A DNA stretch of 64,000 nucleotides from IMG/VR virus record IMGVR_UViG_3300042505_000794, positions 1 to 64,000 of that record. One strand, 5' to 3'. The DNA comes from a virus. Every line of letters begins with the position of its first letter. The stretch's first letter is position 1. Both the position numbers and the translations under genes were made by a program. The notes under the pieces are model-generated. The model was not told the origin of the DNA, made no database searches, and saw only the letters and a list, made by a program, of their open reading frames with translations. This document shows positions 40,198 to 49,667 of this stretch, in pieces.

Positions 40198-41373
40198 ATG
40201 ATTTATGAAAATTTAGTTTTAATTTCCGGTTCTGCAAATGCAAACTTAATTTGTACCAGTATTTCGTATGCTGAACGAATAGCATTAATGGATTTAGAGC
40301 CTGGTGAAATCGTATACCAGTACAATACTTTTGGAACCAATACATCAGGGTTATATATCTATAACGGTACTAACTGGATTCAATTAGGGTTAAAAGGTGA
40401 TGGGTTTACAGCTACATTAGCAGATTATAATATCAATAACGCGTATACCGTAACCGATATTAATACTCTGTTACAATCTAAAGCTAGTTTGGTAAATGGT
40501 AAAATACCTGAATCGTCGCTTCCGGATTCGGTACTCGGGCAGTTAAGCTACCAGGGTACATACGATATGGCTGTGGATCTACCAACAGCTACATTAGCCA
40601 ATAAAGGTGATTTCTATATTGCTAATAATACAACTACTCAACGTGGGTATTATACCGGAGATTGGGCAATTAGTAACGGCGCAGCTTGGGAACGGATTGC
40701 CAACTCAGGTTTAGTTAGTTCTATTAATAATAGAACAGGTGCAGTAACATTAACCAAATCTGATTTAAGTTTAGGAAATGTAGATAATACTGCAGATGTA
40801 TCTAAGCCTCTAAGTGTAGCAGCTACTAACGCTCTAGCAACAAAACTTAACCTATCCGGTGGTTCACTTACAGGTCCATTAACATCATCAAGTACCATAT
40901 GTGACGCTTCAAGTACTGAAATAAGCTATTTAGCAGGTGTGACTAGTTCTATTCAGTCTCAGCTAAATTCAAAAATCAATGGAAGTAGTCCAACCATTAC
41001 CGGTACACTAACTGCTCCTACAATCTCTAGTACAACTATTAATTGTACTACAATTTCTGACGCAGCTGGTAATTTACGTAAAATACCTCAAAATTCACAA
41101 ACGAGTGCATACACCGCTACATTATCGGATGTAGGTAAACATATTTCTACACCGGTAAGTGTAAATATACCAGCTAATGTTTTTAGTACAGGTGACACTT
41201 TTATTATTTTTAATAATAGTATCTTACCTCAACTTGTTTCATGTTCAAACGTCACTGCTTACGCTTCTGGAAACACTACCGTACGTACATCAGTAACGGT
41301 AGCTGCAAAAGGGTTATGTACCGTTCTTACAACTGGCACAAATGAATTTGTACTCGCTGGCGATGTAACTTAG
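40198..41373 (+). CDS. Fibre protein (type B C-terminus)
   Basis: Same N- and C-terminal modules; GQL.YQG..D...GDWAISNG..W knob. Confidence 0.75.
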   Translation: MIYENLVLISGSANANLICTSISYAERIALMDLEPGEIVYQYNTFGTNTSGLYIYNGTNWIQLGLKGDGFTATLADYNINNAYTVTDINTLLQSKASLVNGKIPESSLPDSVLGQLSYQGTYDMAVDLPTATLANKGDFYIANNTTTQRGYYTGDWAISNGAAWERIANSGLVSSINNRTGAVTLTKSDLSLGNVDNTADVSKPLSVAATNALATKLNLSGGSLTGPLTSSSTICDASSTEISYLAGVTSSIQSQLNSKINGSSPTITGTLTAPTISSTTINCTTISDAAGNLRKIPQNSQTSAYTATLSDVGKHISTPVSVNIPANVFSTGDTFIIFNNSILPQLVSCSNVTAYASGNTTVRTSVTVAAKGLCTVLTTGTNEFVLAGDVT

Positions 41374-41382
41374 GCTAATATA

Positions 41383-42813
41383 ATGATCATTTCAAGTTTT
41401 TTTAGTTCAAATTTACGTAGAACTCTAAACTGGGTTACCGCTACGAACCTCGGTAACCAAACAGATAGCACTATAACCCTTGCGTTACAAACAAATAGAT
41501 CTTGTACATTTACTATCGTTTCAGTTACACCGAATGATATCAATGTATCAATTTCAAACGGAATATTAACCGTTTCGAATAATCCGAAAAACAACGTATC
41601 TTATTCGATTACCGTACTTGCATCATCAGGTCTTATTAGTGTTAGTAGAACTTTTACGTTTATTGCGTATAATAACCCTCCTACCTGGGTTACACCTAAT
41701 AATGTTGTTTTTCCTCCTGTAACCCCTATATCGTATCAGTTACAAGTATCTGACTCTGATACGGCAGCCATTGCATATAGAATAACAGGCGGTGTATTCC
41801 ATAATAATGTTCAAATGAGCATTAGCGGATTAATTACCGGTACTAATACGTTTGACAATCTTGATAGAATTGTATCCATTGAAGCTACTGATGGTGTTAC
41901 ATACCTATCTCGAACTTTCACATTTTATATGTCGCCGTACCAAGTCACTTTATCTTTCCCTACAGCTACTACGGTACCGACATCATCTGCAACCGGTATG
42001 GGACCCATTAATATTAATGATTCGTGGCTTAACGGTTCAACATCAGGTTGGATAGGTGGACGTAAATCTGATTTAATTGTACGGTACCTTGGAAATAGAT
42101 CATATCCAGGACCTCAGGGTTATTTGAATGAGGGACTTGGTAATGGCAGTGAACCTACGGTTACCGTCAATCTAACCAATTCTAATATTAATACACTGTC
42201 AGTTGAATTTAACGGTATTATTGCTGGTCCATGGGGTAGGAAAGGTGAAAATCATAAGTATGCAGGTGATTACTATTTCCCTGGTAATGATTTTTCTGGT
42301 ACAAGCGGTGGTACAGGTCTCGCAATATATTGTCGAGGGAATTATGTTTTCACCGGGGGAGTATTTGGAGGTGCAGCTGGTGGGGGAGCGGGGGGCGGTG
42401 GCTTAAACTCCGGTACATATCCTGGAGGTGGTAACGGTGGTAGTGGTGGACCAGCTATTGTAATTTACAGTCAAGGTGTTAACATAATCAACAACTCCCA
42501 ATTCGGTATCGGTGGTGGCGGTGGCGGTGGCGGGGGTGGTTGGGGATCATCAATTGATGGCGCAAGCGATGGAGTGTCCGGCGGTAACGGTAACCCGTAT
42601 TACGGTGATAGTGGTAGTGGAGGTGGTGGTACCGGTACTGGAGCTACAGTCGGTGGTGCGGGTGGGTCATACGGCAATCCAGGTTCCAACGGTGGTTTAC
42701 ATTCTAGCGGTCAATATTCTCGAGGTGGTGCAGCTGGTCCTGCTATAATGTCACCGTATGGGTATCCGTATACAATAACAGGTACTGGTGCAGTATTTGG
42801 TACAGTAGCGTAA
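41383..42813 (+). CDS. Adhesin/receptor-binding protein with Ig/cadherin-like repeats and Gly-rich C-terminus
   Basis: Two beta-rich repeats (W.T....SRTFTF) followed by polyglycine runs reminiscent of T-even gp38 adhesins. Confidence 0.6.
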   Translation: MIISSFFSSNLRRTLNWVTATNLGNQTDSTITLALQTNRSCTFTIVSVTPNDINVSISNGILTVSNNPKNNVSYSITVLASSGLISVSRTFTFIAYNNPPTWVTPNNVVFPPVTPISYQLQVSDSDTAAIAYRITGGVFHNNVQMSISGLITGTNTFDNLDRIVSIEATDGVTYLSRTFTFYMSPYQVTLSFPTATTVPTSSATGMGPININDSWLNGSTSGWIGGRKSDLIVRYLGNRSYPGPQGYLNEGLGNGSEPTVTVNLTNSNINTLSVEFNGIIAGPWGRKGENHKYAGDYYFPGNDFSGTSGGTGLAIYCRGNYVFTGGVFGGAAGGGAGGGGLNSGTYPGGGNGGSGGPAIVIYSQGVNIINNSQFGIGGGGGGGGGGWGSSIDGASDGVSGGNGNPYYGDSGSGGGGTGTGATVGGAGGSYGNPGSNGGLHSSGQYSRGGAAGPAIMSPYGYPYTITGTGAVFGTVA

Positions 42814-42822
42814 AAAATAACT

Positions 42823-42860
42823 AAAACTCTAATGTCCCTAACGTTAGAGTTTTTATTTTT
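42823..42860 (+). terminator. Intrinsic terminator ending the fibre cluster
   Basis: AAAACTCTAATGT-CCCTA-ACGTTAGAGTTTT plus T-rich tail. Confidence 0.7.
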
Positions 42861-42950
42861 ATACTAAATAGATACGTAACAGTTTAAAAATTAAACTTTT
42901 ACAACAATTAAAAACCCCTTTCCAAACAAAATAATATTAAGGAAAATATT

Positions 42951-43901
42951 ATGGCATGGGACGAACCAATAAAATTTAATCATGGAGTTGATAAAATGGT
43001 CGATACAGTTATAGCACAACCTTCTCAAGACGGTATGTTCGGTGGTGGCACTTTAGGTGCTGTTCTTTTAGGTTCATTATTACCTCGTTTAGTAGGCAAT
43101 GGTGCTGATGCAGCTGCAGTCGCAGCTTCACAAAACAATGCTGGTACTAACCAAATCTTACAAGCTTTAAATCAAGGTCAAAACGCTACATCAACACAAA
43201 TCATTACACAAGACGTTAACCGTTTAGGTAAAGATATTGCTACTAGCGCAGCAGCTACTCAAGCTACTGTTGCGGCAGGTAATTTAAATAATACCGTTGC
43301 AATGTTACAGGGCCAAAATAGTTTATCTAATACTATTCTTAATACAGCTGCTGATCTTACTGCTGGTTTAAATAATTCACGCAATGGCGTTATTGATGCC
43401 GTAAATCAAGCAACTAATATGCTTGATGCAGATTTACACGGTATGGCTAGTAACATGACCGCTGGTTTTGGAGCTATTACCGATAACTTAAATCGTTCTA
43501 CTCTAGCTAATTTACAAGCTGCGCATGACAATGAAGTTGCTACTTTAACATCTGCGTACGCAATTCAAACAGCAATTACAAATGACGGTTCAAAAACTCG
43601 TGATTTGATTAACGGTTATAATGTTGCTGATTTGAATCGTCAAATCGTTGTAGCTGAAAATCGTGTTGCTGAATTATTAGGTGACAATCGTCATGCAAGA
43701 AGTACTGCTGATATTATCATCAATAACAACAACAATGCTACTGCAGTTGCAACCGCAATGCAACAACAACAGCAACAACAACAAATCGGTGCATTAACCG
43801 GTACTTTACATACATTGTTAGGTCATGTTCAATCTATTAACCAAACAGTTGTTAACACAGGTACAATGCGCGGCAATGCTTTAACTCCGGTGCAAGCGTA
43901 G
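42951..43901 (+). CDS. Hypothetical late protein: Gly-rich hydrophobic segment, long Ala/Asn/Gln coiled coil, polyQ
   Basis: TAAATA at 42865, TAAGGA RBS, capsid-like codon bias. Confidence 0.75.
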   Translation: MAWDEPIKFNHGVDKMVDTVIAQPSQDGMFGGGTLGAVLLGSLLPRLVGNGADAAAVAASQNNAGTNQILQALNQGQNATSTQIITQDVNRLGKDIATSAAATQATVAAGNLNNTVAMLQGQNSLSNTILNTAADLTAGLNNSRNGVIDAVNQATNMLDADLHGMASNMTAGFGAITDNLNRSTLANLQAAHDNEVATLTSAYAIQTAITNDGSKTRDLINGYNVADLNRQIVVAENRVAELLGDNRHARSTADIIINNNNNATAVATAMQQQQQQQQIGALTGTLHTLLGHVQSINQTVVNTGTMRGNALTPVQA

Positions 43902-43904
43902 AAA

Positions 43905-44026
43905 GATCTTTTACAGGATACTCTAGACCTAAGTATGGGTTACGTCTGTTAAGATAGTATGCCAATGGTGACTAAGCAGCTTGCGCTTAGTCATCGTATA
44001 TGACTTATTACAACATGTAATAAATA
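43905..44026 (+). other. Structured intergenic region (several hairpins)
   Basis: GGTGACTAAGC/GCTTAGTCATC stem; TTATTACA-ACA-TGTAATAA stem overlapping TAAATA at 44021; ATCTT..ACAG..GACCT/GGGTT..CTGT..AAGAT nested stem. Confidence 0.45.
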
Positions 44027-44054
44027 CCATATTTGATTAGTAAAGGGAATTTTT

Positions 44055-44444
44055 ATGTATAATCCGAATATTGACACAACAATTGCATCAATCCAATCGT
44101 TATTAGGCAACCTTAAAACAGCTGCACAATCACCGTACGCAGCTCCAACCTCACCATTTCCAAACAATTTTCAGGAAATGATAGACTCAGCTGTATCGAA
44201 ATCTCTTGGAAATATCGCTAATGTTATTCCAAAACCTGAACAAGCTTTGACACCCCAACCAGATCCAAACTCTTTAGAAGCAAAAATTAATCAATTCGCT
44301 GAAATGTTGCTCACACCTGACCAAATTAAATGGTTAAGTGACCCAACAATTATCAGTGGCTTGCCATTGTTTTTAAAATCTGAGAAAGGTAAGGCAGCTG
44401 TAGGTTTGCTATTTTCAGAGTACCAGGATTATGTAAATAGGTAA
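44055..44444 (+). CDS. Hypothetical protein
   Basis: 129 aa; AAGGGA RBS; Pro/Gln-rich N-terminal half. Confidence 0.65.
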   Translation: MYNPNIDTTIASIQSLLGNLKTAAQSPYAAPTSPFPNNFQEMIDSAVSKSLGNIANVIPKPEQALTPQPDPNSLEAKINQFAEMLLTPDQIKWLSDPTIISGLPLFLKSEKGKAAVGLLFSEYQDYVNR

Positions 44445-44482
44445 CACTAAATATAAATTGAAAACGTTAAAAGGAATTTATC

Positions 44483-44698
44483 GTGAAAAAAACAGCTACA
44501 AATAACACACAAACAATTCAGTACACAGTCATCGAAGATGTTAATTTACCATCAACCGTAATTGTAACTGACACAGAAGGGAATCAATATTCTGTTTGCT
44601 CATCAGCACAGGTAGGCGACGTTTTAGTATTTACTGATACCGTTGAACAACCTACATTTATGTCCCTTGAATCTTTTTCGGTGGGACGGACACTTTAA
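44483..44698 (+). CDS. Hypothetical protein
   Basis: 71 aa; AAGGA RBS, GTG start; TAAATA at 44448. Confidence 0.55.
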   Translation: MKKTATNNTQTIQYTVIEDVNLPSTVIVTDTEGNQYSVCSSAQVGDVLVFTDTVEQPTFMSLESFSVGRTL

Positions 44699-44720
44699 AG
44701 ATTAAAAAGGTATAAAAAAT

Positions 44721-44843
44721 ATGACATTTGATAATACTGATACTTCAAAATTGTTATCATGCAATGGTGATATTACCAGTTTAACCGTAGCATACACATG
44801 TAATGCTACATTGAAATATATGTTAAATACGGAAACAGTCTAA
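44721..44843 (+). CDS. Small hypothetical protein (40 aa)
   Basis: Absent from ORF track. MTFDNTDTSKLLSCNGDITSLTVAYTCNATLKYMLNTETV*; AAAGG RBS; TAATG coupling to the gp13-like gene. Confidence 0.4.
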   Translation: MTFDNTDTSKLLSCNGDITSLTVAYTCNATLKYMLNTETV

Positions 44844-47638
44844 TGTCAAGTTATGGACCACATAAAGATTCACCAAATAACATTGTTATTGAAGGCAATA
44901 CAATTTCGGTTGAGTTAAAAGTTTCAGGATCAACTGGCACAATTAGTTGGTCCATACCTACTAATATTAATTCCGATGCTTTTTTACCGGATTCGTACGA
45001 CGGTATTTTATTGGTTGTAGATACCAAACCGATAGAAAAATCACCTGTTAGTAATAAATTTTACCAAGCTGACAATACCGTTGATACAGATAAACATGTC
45101 GGTGACAGACTAGACAATGGTCTAGTCGTTGCTGCAATTTATAATGATAAGCGTACCAATTCAGTTGAAATAACTGACTTATTACCAAATACAAATTATT
45201 ATGTAGCAGCTTTTGCTTGTGATAACGTACGTAGATATGCACCAGGTGTTTTTAGTTATTCGTTACCTTACGAAACAAAAAGATTATCATTAGATACCGC
45301 TGGATATCATAAAGTTAAATTAGGTGTTTTACCGGAAGATGAAACCGGTATAGTAGATGATAAAACGTTAAAAGTAAATATTGATGGTACAGACTATACA
45401 CTGTCGATAGCTTCAATGCCTACATATAGTGATCTTATTGAACAGATCAATTTGAAATTAGCTATGTTGAGTAATCCATTTGTTATTACAAGACCGCCTA
45501 ATACTAATAGTTACACAGTCATTAATAAACAATTAGCAAAATGGGATGGAGGTAAATCTATACCGTTGGAATGCTACTTTGGTAAAACCGCTCCTGATTT
45601 TATTCCTGAGAATACGTATTGGTATAACGACAATACATTATGGCAATGGTATGCTGGTTCATGGAATTCAAATGAACTATTTACCTTTATTCACTCTGTT
45701 GATAATTTAGTATGTGGTGATGTTTGGTATGAACCTGATACCACATTATCTCATATCTGGAATGGATATAATTGGAACAAATTTAAAACATTTGTTAATA
45801 ATGTAGATCCCAGTATATGTGTCGAACCTACTTGTAAAAATGTATGGTTTGATGGTACTAACTATTACAAATATAAAAGAACTTGGAAAAAACTAAATGT
45901 TTTTGCATCAACCGTTGACCCTCTTACCTACTATAACGGGTATTACTGGTACAATAATAATAAAATTTCACAGTTAATCAACGGTGAATGGACTGATGTT
46001 GAGGTTACAGTTTCTGAAACAGAACCAACAGATTTAACTGTTACTTGGTACAAACCATCTGATAATCAATTTAGACAATCAGTTAATAGTATTTGGGGTG
46101 TTGTCACTGCTAGTATCATTAATGTACAGTTTAATGTTTTGTTACCTGGTGAATGGTATTGGTTTGATGACACTAATTTATATACCTGGGATGAAATCAA
46201 TAATGAGTGGGATGTGGTTACAGAAATTACTACAAGTTTCACTGATCCTAAACTTAGTCCTGTAAAAACTAACGATTTCTGGCTAAATGGTACAGCATTA
46301 AAACAATGGGATGGTAGTCAGTGGGTTGATATAGCTCAATATATCAATCAAGTCGGTGAACCGACATTAACAACTGGTACAATTTGGTATAACGGTACCA
46401 ATTTTAACCAGTGGGATGGAAATAGTTGGATTTCACTTGAGGTTATTACTACATTAACTTCTACTTTTACATCACTAACTATTGGTCAATTTTGGTTTGA
46501 CACCTTATCTGAAACGTTAATGATGTGGAATGGTACAGATTGGGTACCATTAATGTATTCTGAAGCAAGTGCAGCTCCAGCCGTAGGTACATTATGGTAC
46601 GATATGCACGATATGCATGAATGGAATGGTACAGAATGGGTAGATTCTCCACCAAAAGGTATTGCTGAACTTGTAGACGGTGTTATTAAATTTACCAGTT
46701 CTACATTAGGTAGTAAATCTAAATTTGTTATCTATGAATACGACGATGATGAGAACCCTAACCTGTTTCACTATACCTCGCCACTAGGTCAATTTGAAAA
46801 ATATGTTATAGGTACTGACCATATTTCAACAGTACCAATGTATAAGCAGACTGGTGTAGGTACTGATGGTACACCAGATGAACGTAGAGTGTTAGCTAAT
46901 AATATTTTGATGTATTTGGGTTATCCATCTATTCAAATTGAACTCGATAAAGCGCAAGTTGATTTATGTATTGACATGGCTTTAGCATCATTCAGAAAAA
47001 TGTCTGCAAGTGCTTACGAAAGATCTGTTTTCTTTTTAGATTTAGAACCAAATATTCAATCTTACTTATTAACAGATGGTACTGTTGGATTAAATAAAAT
47101 TGTTGATGTACAGGCTGTGTATAGACGTAATAGCTCGTTTATGAGCGCTAGTGCTGGTAACGGTATATACGCACAACAATTTTTGCAATGGTTGTATGCA
47201 CCTAGTGCTCAAATGGATCTAACATCTTATCATATTATATCACAATATATTGAAACGATGGAAATTCTATTTGCTGTTCGATTAGTACATCGATTCAACG
47301 AAAGACAAAGACGTCTTGATTTTTATCAAAACATCGGTGTTCCTGAACGTGTACTCGTGGATTGCACGATTGAACGTACTGAGCAAGATCTGTTTACAGA
47401 TAGAACCTGTAGTAAATGGTTATTGAATTGGGCATCTGCTGAAGCGTGTCATATGTTAGCTAATATACGTGGTAAATATGGTACAGTACCAGGTGCGGGT
47501 GGTAGTGTTTCATTGAATGCAGGTGATATGCAATCAAGAGCTGACGCACTATTTGAAAGATGTCATTTTGAAATCGATAATTATATTGCTAACGAACCAG
47601 AGAATATTGGTTTAGAAAGTACATTAGTTTGGGGGTAA
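44843..47638 (+). CDS. Neck protein, T4 gp13-like, with large N-terminal extension
   Basis: C-terminal ILMYLGYPSIQIELDKAQVDLCID...RGKYGTVPGAGGSVSLNA is gp13-like; N-terminal FN3-like segment and Trp-rich repeats. Confidence 0.8.
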   Translation: MSSYGPHKDSPNNIVIEGNTISVELKVSGSTGTISWSIPTNINSDAFLPDSYDGILLVVDTKPIEKSPVSNKFYQADNTVDTDKHVGDRLDNGLVVAAIYNDKRTNSVEITDLLPNTNYYVAAFACDNVRRYAPGVFSYSLPYETKRLSLDTAGYHKVKLGVLPEDETGIVDDKTLKVNIDGTDYTLSIASMPTYSDLIEQINLKLAMLSNPFVITRPPNTNSYTVINKQLAKWDGGKSIPLECYFGKTAPDFIPENTYWYNDNTLWQWYAGSWNSNELFTFIHSVDNLVCGDVWYEPDTTLSHIWNGYNWNKFKTFVNNVDPSICVEPTCKNVWFDGTNYYKYKRTWKKLNVFASTVDPLTYYNGYYWYNNNKISQLINGEWTDVEVTVSETEPTDLTVTWYKPSDNQFRQSVNSIWGVVTASIINVQFNVLLPGEWYWFDDTNLYTWDEINNEWDVVTEITTSFTDPKLSPVKTNDFWLNGTALKQWDGSQWVDIAQYINQVGEPTLTTGTIWYNGTNFNQWDGNSWISLEVITTLTSTFTSLTIGQFWFDTLSETLMMWNGTDWVPLMYSEASAAPAVGTLWYDMHDMHEWNGTEWVDSPPKGIAELVDGVIKFTSSTLGSKSKFVIYEYDDDENPNLFHYTSPLGQFEKYVIGTDHISTVPMYKQTGVGTDGTPDERRVLANNILMYLGYPSIQIELDKAQVDLCIDMALASFRKMSASAYERSVFFLDLEPNIQSYLLTDGTVGLNKIVDVQAVYRRNSSFMSASAGNGIYAQQFLQWLYAPSAQMDLTSYHIISQYIETMEILFAVRLVHRFNERQRRLDFYQNIGVPERVLVDCTIERTEQDLFTDRTCSKWLLNWASAEACHMLANIRGKYGTVPGAGGSVSLNAGDMQSRADALFERCHFEIDNYIANEPENIGLESTLVWG

Positions 47639-47639
47639 T

Positions 47640-48134
47640 ATGAAATTGTTTGAAATACTCAATACAAGTATTCAATATCGATCTCCAACTGCACATGACG
47701 CTGAAAAAATTGTTGATTTAAAAACACAATTATATATGCAAAATGGCGATAACATGCCTACCCCTCCTCGCTTAGAAGGTGAGCATACAAATATCAACGT
47801 ATTAACATCTAAAAATAATTTTTATAAAATAGTAGTTAATGGTGAAGATATTGTTGGATATTGTTCTATGAAAGAATATAAACCATCAGAAGGTATTTTC
47901 GGTATAGGTATTTTAAATTCGTATAGTGGTCATGGAATAGGTAAAGCATTAATGACTGATCTTATTTCACATACAAAATTACATGGTATCGATTCACTAG
48001 ATTGTTATGTTGGTAAGACTAACGCACCTGCTATTGAATTATATAAAAAATTTGGTTTTGCAATAACTGGTAAAGAAGGTAATAATTTCATTATGAAACT
48101 TTCATTCAATAATCGATTAACAGGTTTAAAATAA
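47640..48134 (+). CDS. GNAT family acetyltransferase
   Basis: YSGHGIGKALM acetyl-CoA motif A; NAPAIELYKKFGF motif B. Confidence 0.9.
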   Translation: MKLFEILNTSIQYRSPTAHDAEKIVDLKTQLYMQNGDNMPTPPRLEGEHTNINVLTSKNNFYKIVVNGEDIVGYCSMKEYKPSEGIFGIGILNSYSGHGIGKALMTDLISHTKLHGIDSLDCYVGKTNAPAIELYKKFGFAITGKEGNNFIMKLSFNNRLTGLK

Positions 48135-48135
48135 C

Positions 48136-49641
48136 ATGGTATATAACCCTAATCGAGTAGTACCTCCAGAAACCCATAACAACGGCGCATTCCAATTATG
48201 GGATGAACCATTATCGAACCGGTTGATGAACGATTATGTTACCGAGAATTTAAATATCGGTGGATGCGTAGTAAACGTTCATAAACTGTTAGGTGTACAT
48301 GAGCAAAAAACGTTATCGCAATTAGCGGGTACCCCTATTTGCAACGGACAATACCCTGAATTCCCTGTTAATAACATTAGTGAGAATAACAATTATGAAT
48401 GGCATTCTATCAAATATTGTGGAGTACGTGACCCAAACACCTTTATCGGTTATGATTTTGGTCCTATTATGTTACCAAACGGTCAGGACAAATACGCGAT
48501 ACCAACAGAAGTTAAATACCACATTCGTTCCGTTTTTATTCAACAAAGTTCATTAGAAAAGAATAGAGTTTCTAAAGTACGTGTCGAAAATTCAAATAAC
48601 GGCACTGAGTGGAAAGGAGTATCATTATTAAATATACCTAACGATGATGCAGAACATTGGCTAGATATTAAAGCGAGTTACCCTGCTAGATTTTGGAGAT
48701 TAGTTCCAATCAACTATGTCGGTGATGGATTGTGGGGTATTAAAAAGTTTGCTTTATCAGAATACGATTCTACTCAACTAAGCAATGTACAAGATGTGAT
48801 CTTGCTTGAAAATAGAGATAGAAATTATTCAACCGATCCAATACCTATTAAAGCTTATTTTGATCAAAATGATATCTCTACTGATTTATCACAATTCGGT
48901 ATTAATCTGAACGACAAGTACACTTTTAAGTTTGGATTTAATTTAACTATTCAAAAAATTAAAAGACCTATCGTGGTCGGTGATATATTAGATGTACTTG
49001 CTGAAATACAATTTGATCCAAATTTGACACCAGTTAAGAAATATCTTGAGGTAACTGATGTAACTTGGACTGCTAGTGGATACACTCCTAACTGGCAACC
49101 TACATTATACACCGTTACAGCTCAACCAATGTTTGCTAGTCAGGAAACTCGTGACATTGTCGGAGAGTTGAATAATGACTTCTTTGATGCATTAACAGAT
49201 GGGTTTAATACTACTGCGTTAAAAGTTAGTAAAGCTATTCGCGCTGAATCAAATACGTTAGTACCTGAGTTTGGATCAAGTTTAAATGATTCATACGAGA
49301 TACCACCTGAATTAGTAGATATTGGTAAAAAACATGGCGTTAACTACAATAAATTAAATGTTGGACCAAAAAGATACCCATTTGAAGATGCAATGCCTCC
49401 AAACGGGCTACCATACACTGAAGGTGATACGTTCCCTGAGAATCCAAAAAATAAAGATTATCATCGCATGACGTACAGTCAATTAACTGATCCGATACCG
49501 CCTAGGTTGTACCAATACTCAAGTGTTAAATCACGTTGGATATATCTTGAAACAGATTTACGATTTGCTGATAACGGTAAAAAACCAACATTAGATCAAC
49601 ATATTGCTGGTAATGTTGATGTAAGTAAATTAAAAGGTTAA
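48136..49641 (+). CDS. Neck protein, T4 gp14-like, with inserted discoidin-like domain
   Basis: VNVHKLLG...VQDVILLENRDRNY...DLSQFG...VGDI; insert FIGYDFG...SNNGTEW...ARFWRLVP. Confidence 0.7.
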   Translation: MVYNPNRVVPPETHNNGAFQLWDEPLSNRLMNDYVTENLNIGGCVVNVHKLLGVHEQKTLSQLAGTPICNGQYPEFPVNNISENNNYEWHSIKYCGVRDPNTFIGYDFGPIMLPNGQDKYAIPTEVKYHIRSVFIQQSSLEKNRVSKVRVENSNNGTEWKGVSLLNIPNDDAEHWLDIKASYPARFWRLVPINYVGDGLWGIKKFALSEYDSTQLSNVQDVILLENRDRNYSTDPIPIKAYFDQNDISTDLSQFGINLNDKYTFKFGFNLTIQKIKRPIVVGDILDVLAEIQFDPNLTPVKKYLEVTDVTWTASGYTPNWQPTLYTVTAQPMFASQETRDIVGELNNDFFDALTDGFNTTALKVSKAIRAESNTLVPEFGSSLNDSYEIPPELVDIGKKHGVNYNKLNVGPKRYPFEDAMPPNGLPYTEGDTFPENPKNKDYHRMTYSQLTDPIPPRLYQYSSVKSRWIYLETDLRFADNGKKPTLDQHIAGNVDVSKLKG

Positions 49642-49660
49642 GCGCACTAGGTGCGCTTTT
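49640..49660 (+). terminator. Intrinsic terminator between convergent genes
   Basis: AAGCGCAC-TAG-GTGCGCTTTT. Confidence 0.7.
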
Positions 49661-49667
49661 CCCCCGT

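Noticed and set aside
27171-40898. Numerous minus-strand ORFs (up to 352 aa) within the fibre genes
   Set aside because: Antisense shadows of Thr/Val/Gly/Ser-rich repetitive coding sequence; no RBS or recognisable motifs.
24392-42813. CRISPR array or diversity-generating retroelement among the repeats
   Set aside because: Repeats are in-frame protein repeats with synonymous divergence. No constant repeat-spacer pattern, reverse transcriptase or adenine-specific TR/VR pair was seen.
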